This document shows, piece by piece, positions 37,455 through 51,889 of a DNA stretch of 64,000 nt. Each line of letters begins with the position of its first letter. Within the stretch, counting starts at the first letter, position 1. The notes below the pieces were generated by a model. It worked only from the letters and a program-made list of their open reading frames with translations. It ran no database searches and had not been told where the DNA came from. Position numbers and translations under genes: made by a program. The DNA comes from Macrostomum hystrix (Eukaryota > Animalia > Platyhelminthes): positions 9,610,001 through 9,674,000 of the forward strand of contig CATNEN010000039.1 of NCBI GenBank assembly GCA_950097015.1, read 5' to 3'.

Positions 37455-38081
37455 CTTATCTCTCCCCTGTCTCATCTCTCCCTAGTCTCATCTCTCCCTA
37501 GTCTAATCTCTCCCTAGTCTCATCTCTCCACTGTCTCATCTCTCCCCAGTCTCATCTCTCCCTAGTCTAATCTCTCCCTAGTCTCATCTCTCCCCTGTCT
37601 CATCTCTCCCCAGTCTCATCTCTCCCTAGTCTCATCTCTCCCTAGTCTCATCTCTCCCTAGTCTCCTCTCTCCCTAGTATCGTCTCTCCCTAGTCTCATC
37701 TCTCCCTAGTCTCATCTCTCCCTAGTCTCATCTCTCCCTAGTCTCATCTCTCCCTAGTCTCATCTCTCCCTAGTCTCCTCTCTCCCTAGTATCGTCTCTC
37801 CCTAGTCTCATCTCTCCCTAGTCTCATCTCTCCCTAGTCTCATCTCTCCCCAGTCTCATCTCTCCCCAGTCTCATCTCTCCCCTGTCTCATCTCTCCCCT
37901 GTCTCATCTCTCCCCAGTCTCATCTCTCCCCTGTCTCATCTCTCCCTAGTCTCATCTCTCCCTAGTCTCATCTCTCCCTAGTCTCATCTCTCCCTAGTCT
38001 CATCTCTCCCTAGTATCATCTCTCTCTAGTCTCATCTCTCCCTAGTCTCATCTCTCCCTAGTCTCATCTCTCCCTAGTCTC
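37455..38081 (-). repeat. 16-bp minisatellite variant (GTCTCATCTCTCCCTA)
   Basis: Same family as 1331, 19370 and 27880. Confidence 0.95.
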
Positions 38082-38659
38082 AACTGTGTCACAGTGAGTT
38101 TGTTTCTTGTATTATTATTTATAAGTTTTTTTCAGTTCGTCAAACAATGGAGAGGCTTAACTTTATCCCCCCTAAGTAGGTCCTACCCAAGTAATATACT
38201 AATATTAATTTCTTTCAACCTGGGAATAATATAAGAATAGGCCTAACACAAATGCAGGGTCAACCAAAAGATTCGCAAGGTCAAATACTTGGTGGGTATC
38301 TGGACCATTCACTCCTTGAAAATCCTATAGATGCATTCAGAATGGAAGCGAAAAGTGATGGCGATATTTTTAGGGATCATCAAATGGAGAGGTCGTGTTT
38401 ATCCCCACCCGAACCCCACTTTTAAAAATATCTCGCGGAACAGGCCCCTGAAATGAACTCTGCATTGCTCGGCTCTGCCTTATTTCCATTTCCATTTCAG
38501 CCAAGCCACTTGCTGCTGCTGCTGAGACACGGCACTTTAAGTCAGAATTGGATAAAAAGCATTCTGGCAGGACAGATAGATCTTCCTACTGAAGAAAGAA
38601 TCAGAATAATTTGATAGATTAGGCAGATTGGCGGATAGGGGGGTAAGTTAATCTGTTGG

Positions 38660-39955
38660 TAGATTGGTTGGCAGACAGGTAGGTAGGTAGATAGATCGGT
38701 AAGTTAGATAGGCAGGTAGATATGAAGGTAGACTGGCAGATAGATCTGCAGGTAGATCGGTAGTTAGATATGCAGATAGATCAGTAGATAGATGGGCAGG
38801 TAGATCGGTAATTAGATATGCAGGCAGATCGGTAGTTGGATGGGCAGGTAGATCGGTTGATAGATCAAATCAGGTTGATCGGTAGATAGATAAAAGCAGG
38901 TAGATCGGTGGATAGATCAAATCAGGTTGATCGGTAGATAGATAAAAGCAGGTAGATCGGTGGATAGATCAAATCAGGTTGATCGGTAGATAGATAAAAG
39001 CAGGTAGATCGGTGGATAGATCAAATCAGGTAGATCGGTAGATAGATAAAAACAGGTAGATCGGTAGATAGATAAAAGCAGGTAGATCGGTGGATAGATC
39101 AAATCAGGTAGATCGGTAGATAGATAAAAGCAGGTAGATCGGTAGATAGATGAAATCTAAAAGGTCAGTAGATAGATTAAAGCAAGTAGATCGGTAGATA
39201 AATGAAGGCAGGTAGATCGGTAGATAGATAAAAGCAGGTAGATCAGTAGATAGATAAAAGCAGGTAGATCGGTAGATAGATAAAAGCAGGCAGATCGGTA
39301 GTTGGATGGGCAGGTAGATCGGTTGATAGATCAAATCAGGTAGATCGGTAGATAGATAAAAGCAGGTAGATCGGTGGATAGATCAAATCAGGTAGATCGG
39401 TAGATAGATAAAAGCAGGTAGATCGGTAGATAGATGAAATCTAAAAGGTCAGTAGATAGATAAAAGCAGGTAGATCAGTAGATAGATAACAGCAGGTAGA
39501 TCAGTAGATAGATAAAGGCAGGTAGATCCGTAGATAGATAAAGGCAGGTAGATCAGTAGATAGATAAAGGCAGGTAGATCCGTAGATAGATAAAGGCAGG
39601 TAGATCAGTAGATAGATAACAGCAGGTAGATCAGTAGATAGATAAAGGCAGGTAGATCCGTAGATAGATAAAGGCAGGTAGATCAGTAGATAGATAAAGG
39701 CAGGTAGATCAGTAGATAGATAACAGCAGGTAGATCAGTAGATAGATAAAGGCAGGTAGATCCGTAGATAGATAAAGGCAGGTAGATCAGTAGATAGATA
39801 AAGGCAGGTAGATCCGTAGATAGATAAAGGCAGGTAGATCAGTAGATAGATAACAGCAGGTAGATCAGTAGATAGATAAAGGCAGGTAGATCCGTAGATA
39901 GATAACAGCAGGTAGATCAGTAGATAGATAAAGGCAGGTAGATCCGTAGATAGAC
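38660..39955 (+). repeat. 26-bp GATA-rich minisatellite (CAGGTAGATC[A/C/G]GTAGATAGATAAAGG)
   Basis: Direct periodicity, degenerate at the left and homogeneous at the right. Confidence 0.92.
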
Positions 39956-41600
39956 CCAATCAGGTGCACAAGCGGGTGTGCAGATCAGAACAAGCACGCT
40001 GTTTGCTAGATACTTTAGTAAAAACTGTCTAGCATAAATAGAGTGCATCCTCCAAGTAAGCCAAAAACAGATCGTCAAAACTTCGGGTTGGAGCCACATT
40101 ATCATATTTATTCGGATGTGACTAAGCCAGCCAGAAAAAGATGAATTTGAAATCAAAATTTTCGGGATCAACAAAAAACTGCATAGTCAATTTTCCTACG
40201 CTTCTTTTCCCCAGCAAAGTGGCCTGCTTGAAGGGACTGGAAACCCACCCCAGACTGTAATAGTGTAAACACAAGCGAAACCCGGGCTACAAAGCAACAG
40301 ATAGAAAGCAATAATAATGTAATCTTTCTAAAAACTGTTTTCTTCAGCTCTGCGCGCTTCTGTAAACTAAAACACGGAGGCTATAAGTTATTTTTTTTTA
40401 AAGTCGGGATAAAATTTCGCAATTCTTTGTTTATTCTAGTGGCCAAAGCTGACGCGGAAAATCTTCGACTTGGGGTAGAGAACTAATGACAATGTAAGGG
40501 TCGAACGGTATGCCCTGGATACAAAGAACTAAAGGGACACGAGAGAGGTGCTAGTGAATGGACAAAGGAATAAACGCTTAACATTTTTGGGGCCAAGGAA
40601 AATCACAATCTTATATCCGCGGTCGTGTTCGGTTTGACAGATTCCTAGCAGTGTTCTGGTCGCCTTGTAACACTAGCCAGTTTACCAGTTGTCAAACTTT
40701 TTCTGATCCTTACAGCCTTTTGCTTATCTCTCTAGTCGGTATGAGTAAGAATGCCGCTTTCGGAAGGAATTTCTAGTCTTCAAGGTCGCGCCAACTTACC
40801 AATGAAGCTATGCAGCCAACGGGAGAGAGTCGGCAATTGATAACAAATATGAATTGCTGTCAAATTTTCAAAGCCAAAGTCAAAAGTTAACAAAAAAACT
40901 GCTCAGTCTACACTCCGAGACCCTATGAGAGTCTATACTCTGTAGAGCACATTCTATCTTGTGTGAGCAATTAAAACAACTTTATACTAAAAATGTGGGA
41001 CTGCGCAGGTGGGTGGGGTAGGAGGTTGCCGTGTGTGCTCAATAGTGCTCAAAACTCGTCTCCAGCCTCTCTACCGTTCATAGTTTTGTTCATCTATTCG
41101 ATAGCATTGTTGAATTCCTGAGCTGCGGGAAAATGGTATTCTATCTCACGAGCATTACCTTGCTAAAAGCATTGCTTGGAGCGACACTGTATTGAGCAAG
41201 TCTATTGATATACTATCATTTGTCACTCTCTCCCGCGTCCTACAAGCTAAGAGATCAGACACTAATAGCAACAGCTTCTACTAATACAAGCTATAGTTGA
41301 AGTGTTGTAAAAACGAATTCTACAAGCTATGATACTTTCCGAGTGTCAACTACGAGTATAAATGCGCAAATTGAGAGTTGAAATGCTGTGGCAGAGGCTT
41401 AAGTTTCTGTAACTTAAAAGTTTAATTTCATTTCGTTTTTCTCTTTAGATGTTTTCTAAAATTCTTCTAAGCATATTTTGCTTATTGTCTTTAATTAATT
41501 ACTTTCTGTCAGCCATTTCAATTCTTTTCCTGCGTTCCAGTTTTTTAATATATTTACGTTCTGAGAAAGTTAATGGCCTCGTTGAAGCTCTATCTGATTT

Positions 41601-42357
41601 ATGAATGAATAGAATGGATTGCCAGTCTATTCCATGGATGAAGGAATAGAATGGATTGCTAGTCTATTCCATGGATGAAGGAATAGAATGGATTGCTAGT
41701 CTATTCCATGGATGAAGGAATAGAATGGATTGCTAGTCTATTCCATGGATGAAGGAATAGAATGGATTGCTAGTCTATCCCATGGATGAAGGAATAGAAT
41801 GGATTGCTAGTCTATCCCATGGATGAAGGAATAGAATGGATTGCTAGTCTATTCCATGGATGAAGGAATAGAATGGATTGCTAGTCTATTCCATGGATGA
41901 AGGAATAGAATGGATTGCTAGTCTATCCCATGGATGAAGGAATAGAATGGATTGCTAGTCTATCCCATGGATGAAGGAATAGAATGGATTGCTAGTCTAT
42001 TCCATGGGTGAAGGAATAGAATGGATTGCTAGTCTATTCCATGGATGAAGGAATAGAATGGATTGCTAGTCTATTCCATGGATGAAGGAATAGAATGGAT
42101 TGCTAGTCTATTCCATGGATGAATGAATAGAATGGATTGCTAGTCTATCCCATGAATGAAGGAATAGAATGGATTGCTAATCTATCCCATGGATGATGGA
42201 ATAAAATGGATTGCTAGTCTATCCCATGTATGAAGGAATAGAATGGATTGCTAATCTATCCCATGGATGATGGAATAAAATGGATTGCTAGTCTATCCCA
42301 TGGATGAAGGAATAGAATGGATTGCTAGTCTATTCCATGGATGAAGGAATAGAATGG
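41601..42357 (+). repeat. 37-bp minisatellite with internal dyad (ATGAAGGAATAGAATGGATTGCTAGTCTATTCCATGG), ~20 copies
   Basis: Period 37; GGAATAGA/TCTATTCC inverted repeat within each unit. Confidence 0.95.
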
Positions 42358-43145
42358 CTTCATCGCATGCAACCCAAAAGCGTGTTTTTCGATCGGCATG
42401 GCAACTAAAATCACAAATAAGACGTGGAGAAACTAGAAAAAAAATTTGCTTTTAAAAAGTTTTAATTAACCATTGCACACCAGCCGAAATATGCAGCACA
42501 TCTAGCATGATAAATTTTCATAGCAGAATTTCACAAAAATGCGTGAGATACGATAACAGAGTGAACGGTTGAGTGACTTTTGAGACCGTGAGACGCAATT
42601 TGCTGTACTCTTTGAAGTCGCTAAACTAACCCCTCCAGTCCCGACACAAAATGCAAAGACAATTTTCAAATGTAAAAAACCAAACTCAAAAAACTTGGCA
42701 CCTCATGCTTCGGTTGCCGTTTGGTTGAAGTCTTTCATCATTTGGAAGTCTCTCATATTGTCTCTCTCATTGGAGGCCTTTTCATTTTGGTGCGTCGATT
42801 GCACTGTCTGAAAAGTAAGGCAACAACTGAAATGGAAAGTTAAAATGCTTGTTTTAATAAATTGCTTTTTTATTTTCCTTTCTCTCTCGTTTTTTTTCGC
42901 TTATTATAGACTTGAGCGGTTATAACAAAACCTGACTACGTATGCGCTCCTCAGTTTAGACCGAAAAAGTTGTCTAATTAATTGCACAGGTTGATTTAAA
43001 TACTTTGTGTTTTAAAGCTCCACGAAATATTAAACTAATTAAAAAATTATCAAAATCTTGGCACTAAAAATCATTGGAATTCGCAATGTTTTCACAACTG
43101 GAAAGTCCAAAGAACCTGGGACAGCTTTCTATGATATCAAGTTTC

Positions 43146-43700
43146 CTAGAAATCTACTTTCATAGAAGTCTACTTTTATAGAAATCTACTTTCATAGAAA
43201 TCTAATTTCATAGAAATCTACTTTCATAGAAATCTACTTTCATAGAAATCTACTTTCATAGAAGTCTACTTTCATAGAAATCTAATTTCATAGAAATCTA
43301 CTTTCATAGAAGTCTACTTTCATAGAAATCTAATTTCATAGAAATCTACTTTTATAGAAATCTAATTTCATAGAAATCTACTTTCATAGAAGTCTACTTT
43401 CATAGAAATCTAATTTCATAGAAATCTACTTTCATAGAAATCTACTTTCATAGAAATCTACTTTCATAGAAGTCTACTTTCATAGAAATCTACTTTCATA
43501 TAAATCTAATTTCATAGAAATCTACTTTCATAGAAATCTAATTTCATAGAAATCTACTTTCATATAAATCTAATTTCATAGAAATCTACTTTCATAGAAA
43601 TCTACTTTCATAGAAATCTACATTCTTAGAAATCGATTTCTTGGAAGTACACTTTCGTAGAAATATATTTCTTAGAAGTAAACTTTCTTAGAAGTCCACA
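43146..43700 (+). repeat. 16-bp AT-rich minisatellite (TAGAAATCTACTTTCA)
   Basis: Direct periodicity, degenerate beyond 43625. Confidence 0.92.
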
Positions 43701-44204
43701 CATACGAGCGTTGATCTAAATTTACGCGGCTGTACTTTTAACTGTACTTTTTGCTGCAAAATTCGCTCGATTAGAGCAGGTGCAATAAACTATTAAATCA
43801 ATTTTGTCAAACCTAGGAAACCGACATTTTTCGCAGTAGCCCTTCTTGAATCTGGGGGATACTTTTTTCATTTTCCGAGAACTTCCATTTCCTAAAATTC
43901 AATTTTTAAAAACGTTAGTTTCCAAGAAGCCGCTTTCCTAGAATCGAATAATCGAATTGTCTTAAAATCGCCATTGATGCTATGGAGTTCTAAAGTTTGT
44001 CTGACTAAAGACAATCGATTGAGGGAAAAATCTAATTAAATCATTAAATTTTCATAGCCTTGATGATCAACACGCAGCAACTAAAGTTTTTTTATTTGTG
44101 TCGATACATATAATAATTTATTAATGTCAGAAACTGTTGGTTGGCTTTCGAAGCTTCTAAAAGATGATCACTGTTTTTGATTCACTGATTTCATTCAGAA
44201 ATCG

Positions 44205-45174
44205 ACAGATTCATGGATTCACGGATTCACAGATTCATGGATTCATGGATTCACGGATTCACAGATTCACAGATTCATGGATTCACGGATTCACAGATTC
44301 ACAAATTCACAGATTCACAGATTCACAGATTCATGGATTCACAGATTCACAGATTCACAGATTCACAGAGTCACGGATTAACAGATTCACAGATTCATGG
44401 ATTCATGGATTCACAGATTCACAGATTCACAGATTCATGGATTCACAGATTCACAAATCGACAGATTCATGGATTCACGGATTCACAGATTCACAGATTC
44501 ATGGATTCACGGATTCACAGATTCACAGATTCATGGATTCACGGATTCACAGATTCACAAATTCACAGATTCACAGATTCACAGATTCATGGATTCACAG
44601 ATTCACAGATTCACAGATTCACAGAGTCACGGATTAACAGATTCACAGATTCATGGATTCACGGATTAACGGATTCACAGATTCACAGATTCATGGATTC
44701 ACATATTGACAGATTCACAGATTCACAGATTCACGGATTCACATATTGACAGATTCACAGATTCACAGATTCACAGATTCACAGATTCACAGATTCACAG
44801 ATTCACAGATTCACAGATTCACAGATTCACAGATTCACAGATTCACAGATTCACAGATTCATGGATTCACAGATTCATGGATTCACAGATTCATGGATTC
44901 ACAGATTCATGGATTCACAGATTCATGGATTCACAGATTCATGGATTCACAGATTCACAGATTCACAGATTTACGGATTCACAGATTCATGGATTCACGG
45001 ATTTACAGATTTACAGATTGACAGATTGACAGATTCACAGATTCACAGATTCACAGATTCATGGATTCACAGATTCACAGATTCACAGATTCACAGATTC
45101 ACAGATTCACAGATTCATGGATTCACAGATAAACGGATTCACAGATTCACAGATTCACGGATTCACAGATTCAC
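44205..45174 (+). repeat. 8-bp satellite (ATTCACAG/ATTCATGG)
   Basis: Direct periodicity. Confidence 0.95.
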
Positions 45175-45804
45175 GTTTTTTATTCACGCCTAACCCGTTT
45201 AAGCCTTCAAAGATGGATCTGTCGCTGGGGGGGGAATAGGATCAACAAGCCAAGCTGAAGGATTTCCGAGCGTGGAGCAAAAAAGTGGCAGATTAGAGAG
45301 GGCACGGAGGGCAGATAAGCTGGCAGTCGATGGAAGGAGGTGGTTGCGGGCGGACCCAACGATCGGTCAAGATTGCAATCTGGTCTCGGGCGCGCCATCT
45401 GTCTCAAGCTTGGCCGCCTTATCTCTGGGCTGGCGCAGAATCTTCAGCGACTGCGTTGGTTGGGGTTGACGGCTTTGTAGGGCCCATTATTGGATCTGAA
45501 ACGATAGTGTGGGATGGGATTTCGGAGTTCGAAGGTTCGACGACCCGCCACTTTTCTCCCTGTCTGCTGTGCGCGCGTGTCGCGTTGTATAATTCCCCCC
45601 CTTACGATTGACGATTTCCAAACAAAACTACAGACTAGCACAGACAATAATATCGAGACAGAGGAAATAAAATAAAAACTATTAGAAAACTGGCATTTGG
45701 AATGGTTGGGATTTGACTTTCGTGACTTAGCTGCAGGGTGGTCCATGGACACAGCAGGGAGGAGAGGGTCGCCCCGGAGGAATGAGCCGACGCGCTGTTT
45801 TAGG

Positions 45805-46170
45805 AGGAGATTGGGAGAAGTAGATTGGGAGAAGGAGATTGGGAGAAGTAGATTGGGAGAAGGAGATTGGGAGAAGGAGATTGGAAGAAGGAGATTGGGA
45901 GAAGGAGATTGGGAGAAAGGGATTGGGAGAAGGAGATTGGGAGACTGGGAGATTGAGAGAAGGAGATTGGGAGACTGGGAGATTGGGAGAAGGAGATTGG
46001 GAGAAGAAGATTGGGAGAAGGAGATTGGGAGACTGGGAGATTGAGAGAAGGAGATTGGGAGAAGGAGATTGGGAGAAGGAGATTGGGAGACTGGGAGATT
46101 GAGAGAAGGAGATTGAGAGAAGGAGATTGAGAGAAGGAGATTGGGAGAAGGAGATTGGGAGAAGGAGACT
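45805..46170 (+). repeat. 14-bp purine-rich minisatellite (GGAGATTGGGAGAA)
   Basis: Direct periodicity. Confidence 0.9.
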
Positions 46171-46369
46171 AAGAGAGGGAGTGAGGGAGTGTGGGAAAGC
46201 TAGTGTCAGGTACACAAATGCTAAATACACGGTAGGTAGTTAGGTCTGTAATTGTGGGAGAGAGGGAAGAATCCAGAAGGTACAGTGCAACTGCACTAGT
46301 CCAGTCGCATCCACGTCTGGCCAGTTTGCTGCGGTATTTCCGCCACTCAAATTACAATACTTACCGAAC

Positions 46370-46986
46370 GTTTTACTGACACTCTCCTGAAGTTTTACTG
46401 ACACATTCCTGAGGTTTTGCTGACACTCTACTGAAGTTTACAGACACTCTCCTGAAGTTTTACTGACACTCTCCCGGAGTTTTACTGACACTCTCCCGGA
46501 GTTTTACTGACACTCTCCCGGAGTTTTACTGACACTCTCCCGGAGTTTTACTGACACTCTCCTGAAGTTTTGCTGACACTCTCCCGGAGTTTTACTGACA
46601 CTCTCCTGAAGTTTTACTGACACTCTCCTGAAGTTTTACTGACACTCTCCTGAAGTTTTGCTGACACTCTCCCGGAGTTTTACTGACACTCTCCTGAAGT
46701 TTTACTGACACTCTCCTGAAGTTTTACTGACACTCTCCCGGAGTTTTACTGACACTCTCCCGGAGTTTTACTGACACTCTCCCGGAGTTTTACTGACACT
46801 CTCCCGGAGTTTTACTGACACTCTCCCGGAGTTTTACTGACACTCTCCCGGAGTTTTACTGACACTCTCCTGAAGTTTTGCTGACACTCTCCCGGAGTTT
46901 TACTGACACTCTCCTGAAGTTTTACTGACACTCTCCTGAAGTTTTACTGACACTCTCCTGAAGTTTTACTGACACTCTCCTGAAGT
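46370..46986 (+). repeat. 22-bp minisatellite (GTTTTACTGACACTCTCC[CGGA/TGAA])
   Basis: Direct periodicity. Confidence 0.95.
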
Positions 46987-47371
46987 GCCAGTTACGCATT
47001 TTTTTCGTATAAACTGATGCTTAATTTTAGTTTTCTGAAAGAATTTCTAAATTTCTTGATTGATTGATTGACAGTCAAATACTGATGCGATTCTCACACC
47101 CTGCTCAAATTCGCAGACTCAGAGCAGCATAAAGGAAAAGCAATCAATCAGCTGCTAATCACAATGCCAAACAACCCGTTGCGTGTCTGCTGTCAGCGGC
47201 CAGGAGACGGACTGGGGGGGGAGTGGCTTGACCCCCAGCGTCCTGGGGTCACGCACGACGCAACAGATGTGTCTGCTGCCAGGCCGTCACTCAAAGAATG
47301 TGTCCGTTCCTACTCATTATTCGCTATTCCCTTCTCAGGGCCTTTTGAGGGTCGCCTCTAACTGCGAGGCG

Positions 47372-47681
<310 letters not shown>

Positions 47682-48404
47682 TATGTAATCGTATAAAGCA
47701 AAAGCTTTTCCACGCAGAAGACACCCAGCAGACCCCAGCCATGCAATCATGGTAGCTCTGTTTGCTGTATCAAAGTTTGCATGTCGATTACAGTAAATTG
47801 CTGGCTTAAAATTTGCCTGCTTGACTAATTGTAGCAATTTTTAAACGCAATTTCGAAGCTCGAAGTGGGTGAGCGGATTTGAGTTCAGTTTTAGTTCAGG
47901 TTACAAAACAAGTCGTTCCATTGCCTTGGATTATTAATTTGAGTCTTTAAAGATAGGCTTTTATTGAGATATTAATTAATCGTTAACTACGTCTCAGAAG
48001 TGTGACTGATGCATCGACTAATCAATAAATCAATCAATCAATCACACCCGAGGTAAATCTGACGACTCTATATATACAAACCTTTACTATGCATTGATGC
48101 TTATCAAACTTATTCACAAAGCTCCAGTGCAAATACCAGTACCTTGTGTGTGTGTGTGTGTGTGTTTCTTGTGCATGCTTTTGATACACTTTAAGAATCC
48201 GCGATCGCTTCAGGAAGAGCCATGTGAGCCGTGTTGGGCTTGCGATAAGAATATTTGGAATGAAAATATTCGAGGATGCAGGACATGACGCATTCACGGC
48301 AAGACATTGCTCGCTTTTGGGTCGCTCGTAGGGTTAACCATTTTTTTGTGATTTGGAGTTAGATTTTTACTTCTTCTCCATTGATTGTTACAAATTTTGT
48401 TCTC

Positions 48405-50476
48405 TGACATGTTCTATCAGTGTTTGATGACATGTTCTCTCAGTGTGCTTGATGACATGTTCTCTCAGTGTTTGATGACATGTTCTCTCAGTGTGTTTGA
48501 TGACATGTTCTCTCAGTGTTTGATGACATGTTCTCTCAGTGTTTGATGACATGTTCTCTCAGTGTTTGATGACATGTTCTCTCAGTGTGTTTGATGACAT
48601 GTTCTCTCAGTGTTTGATGACATGTTCTCTCAGTGTTTGATGACATGTTCTCTCAGTGTGTTTGATGACATGTTCTCTCAGTGTGTTTGATGACATGTTC
48701 TCTCAGTGTTTGATGACATGTTCTCTCAGTGTTTGATGACATGTTCTCTCAGTGTTTGATGACATGTTCTCTCAGTGTTTGATGACATGTTCTCTCAGTG
48801 TTTGATGACATGTTCTCTCAGTGTTTGATGACATGTTCTCTCAGTGTTTGATGACATGTTCTCTCAGTGTTTGATGACATGTTCTCTCAGTGTGTTTGAT
48901 GACATGTTCTCTCAGTGTTTGATGACATGTTCTCTCAGTGTTTGATGACATGTTCTCTCAGTGTTTGATGACATGTTCTCTCAGTGTTTGATGACATGTT
49001 CTCTCAGTGTTTGATGACATGTTCTCTCAGTGTTTGATGACATGTTCTCTCAGTGTTTGATGACATGTTCTCTCAGTGTTTGATGACATGTTCTCTCAGT
49101 TTTTGATGACATGTTCTCTCAGTGTTTGATGACATGTTCTCTCAGTGTTTGATGACATGTTCTCTCAGTGTTTGATGACATGTTCTCTCAGTGTTTGATG
49201 ACATGTTCTCTCAGTGTTTGATGACATGTTCTCTCAGTGTTTGATGACATGTTCTCTCAGTGTTTGATGACATGTTCTCTCAGTGTTTGATGACATGTTC
49301 TCTCAGTGTTTGATGACATGTTCTCTCAGTGTTTGATGACATGTTCTCTCAGTGTTTGATGACATGTTCTCTCAGTGTTTGATGACATGTTCTCTCAGTG
49401 TTTGATGACATGTTCTCTCAGTGTTTGATGACATGTTCTCTCAGTGTTTGATGACATGTTCTCTCAGTGTTTGATGACATGTTCTCTCAGTGTGTTTGAT
49501 GACATGTTCTCTCAATGTTTGATGACATGTTCTCTCAGTGTTTGATGACATGTTCTCTCAGTGTTTGATGACATGTTCTCTCAGTGTTTGATGACATGTT
49601 CTCTCAGTGTTTGATGACATGTTCTCTCAATGTTTGATGACATGTTCTCTCAGTGTTTGATGACATGTTCTCTCAGTGTGTTTGATGACATGTTCTCTCA
49701 GTGTGTTTGATGACATGTTCTCTCAGTGTGTTTGATGACATGTTCTCTCAGTGTGTTTGATGACATGTTCACTCAGTGTTTGATGACATGTTCTCTCAGT
49801 GTTTGATGACATGTTCTCTCAGTGTTTGATGACATGTTCTCTCAGTGTTTGATGACATGTTCTCTCAGTGTTTGATGACATGTTCTCTCAGTGTTTGATG
49901 ACATGTTCTCTCAGTGTTTGATGACATGTTCTCTCAATGTTTGATGACATGTTCTCTCAGTGTTTGATGACATGTTCTCTCAGTGTGTTTGATGACATGT
50001 TCTCTCAGTGTGTTTGATGACATGTTCTCTCAGTGTGTTTGATGACATGTTCTCTCAGTGTGTTTGATGACATGTTCTCTCAGTGTTTGATGACATGTTC
50101 TCTCAGTGTTTGATGACATGTTCTCTCAGTGTTTGATGACATGTTCTCTCAGTGTTTGATGACATGTTCTCTCAGTGTTTGATGACATGTTCTCTCAGTG
50201 TTTGATGACATGTTCTCTCAGTGTTTGATGACATGTTCTCTCAGTGTTTGATGACATGTTCTCTCAGTGTTTGATGACATGTTCTCTCAGTGTTTGATGA
50301 CATGTTCTCTCAGTGTTTGATGACATGTTCTCTCAGTGTGCTTGATGACATGTTCTCTCAGTGTTTGATGACATTTTCTCTCAGTGTTTGATGACATGTT
50401 CTCTCAGTGTTTGATGACATGTTCTCTCAGTGTGCTTGATGACATGTTCTCTCAGTGTTTGATGACATGTTCTCTG
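48405..50476 (+). repeat. 23-bp minisatellite (TGATGACATGTTCTCTCAGTGTT) with 25-bp +GT variants
   Basis: Highly homogeneous ~2-kb array. Confidence 0.97.
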
Positions 50477-51889
50477 AGAATTTTCGATGGTGCCATCACT
50501 AATCAGTGTGATCCATGACATGTCCAGGCCACAATGATTTATATATTTTCAACATTAAAATCAAGTACGATGCAGGTAAAGCTGTTTAGAAAGCTCTGCA
50601 TCGGGTCAAATCCCACGCGTCCTGAGAAGAACTCAAGGTTTCAAGGGCCAGCAACGGCTGGGGATTAAGGCCTTCATCCTCACCGTTCGACTGTACAGAT
50701 TTGCGGCCGAGTCTTAATTCTCTCTAGTCGATTATCCTCTTGGACACAGCCTCAACTCAACTGGCTTAATCCCATCCGTTCTTCTGATCCTCTCTCTTAG
50801 TACCGCAGCGCCCAGCCAAAGCCAATCTTGTAGCTAAAAACTCGCGTTGGCAACAAAACATGTGTGCTCAATTTGCGCTCATCAAATATTCATTTACTTC
50901 TAGCTCGATTAGCTGTTAGAGATTAGAGCTGAGAATGCTGCTGAGAGTCTCTAACTTAGCTCAGCAAAATTTTTAGGATTTTCAGCTAGCAAACTGAAAA
51001 AATCCCACGTATATTCATTAGGACGAAATGTGGACTCAAACTCGATGGGATAACGATCTGAGATCCATACTCAATGGAGGGGCTATTTTAATCCTAAGCC
51101 AGACAGCATAACGCAAAACAATTAACAATGCTAATTTAGCTTAGATACCTCGTTTGGCGAGAGACTTAGAGGGTCAATCCATGATACTCAAGAAGCTTAG
51201 AAATTCTATGTTGATTCTATGCTAGGTTACAAAGTGCTTCTTTGTACCAAGTATAAATTACTCGGTAGATTCCAGTTGATATCCAAGATAATTTCGATTC
51301 CAATTGTTCATTTTTAATTACTCGCGACGTCTAGTTTATTATTCATCTGACATGTCGTCAGTCAAGAATGGCTTCAGTCAATAGGCCAAAGAAGCCTATC
51401 AGTAATTTCCCCGGCCGAATCCCAGTAGCACATCACACAAGCGAAAGTGCAGAGGCCGAACAACTTGATTAACTGATCCGCCAGACAATTCCTTGTTGAC
51501 GAGACTTCGGCCAAGGACCTGATGCCGAACTAATCAGTTGATACCCTTGATCTTCATGGCCTTGTCTGACCTCCACCAGCAATGCTCATTTTGAGCGTCC
51601 CACCAAGCGTGTAATGCCATCAGTGCGGCATTCAGGCCTCATTCGGAATGGCAGACAATTTTTAGCGAATTTGCCTCGAAGGACATCCGGTTTGGAGCCG
51701 GCAGTTGAAGCGGAGCGTTTTTTAGGGAGATCTCAATATCAGATTAGGGGGGCTAAACCCAGAGGAGCCAGATGAGATGGAGAAAAACTCGTAACTGCTT
51801 CCAGACACCAGCCCTTCTTGATGAAGGAAGCGAAATTTGGTATCGGGCAAACTCTATGCATTCATTTGATGGTTCTCGGTCACGCTAAA

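Noticed and set aside
41601-42357. CRISPR array (37-bp palindromic repeat); also considered for the 41-bp and 89-bp repeats
   Set aside because: Units are head-to-tail with no unique spacers, there are no cas genes, and the context is eukaryotic.
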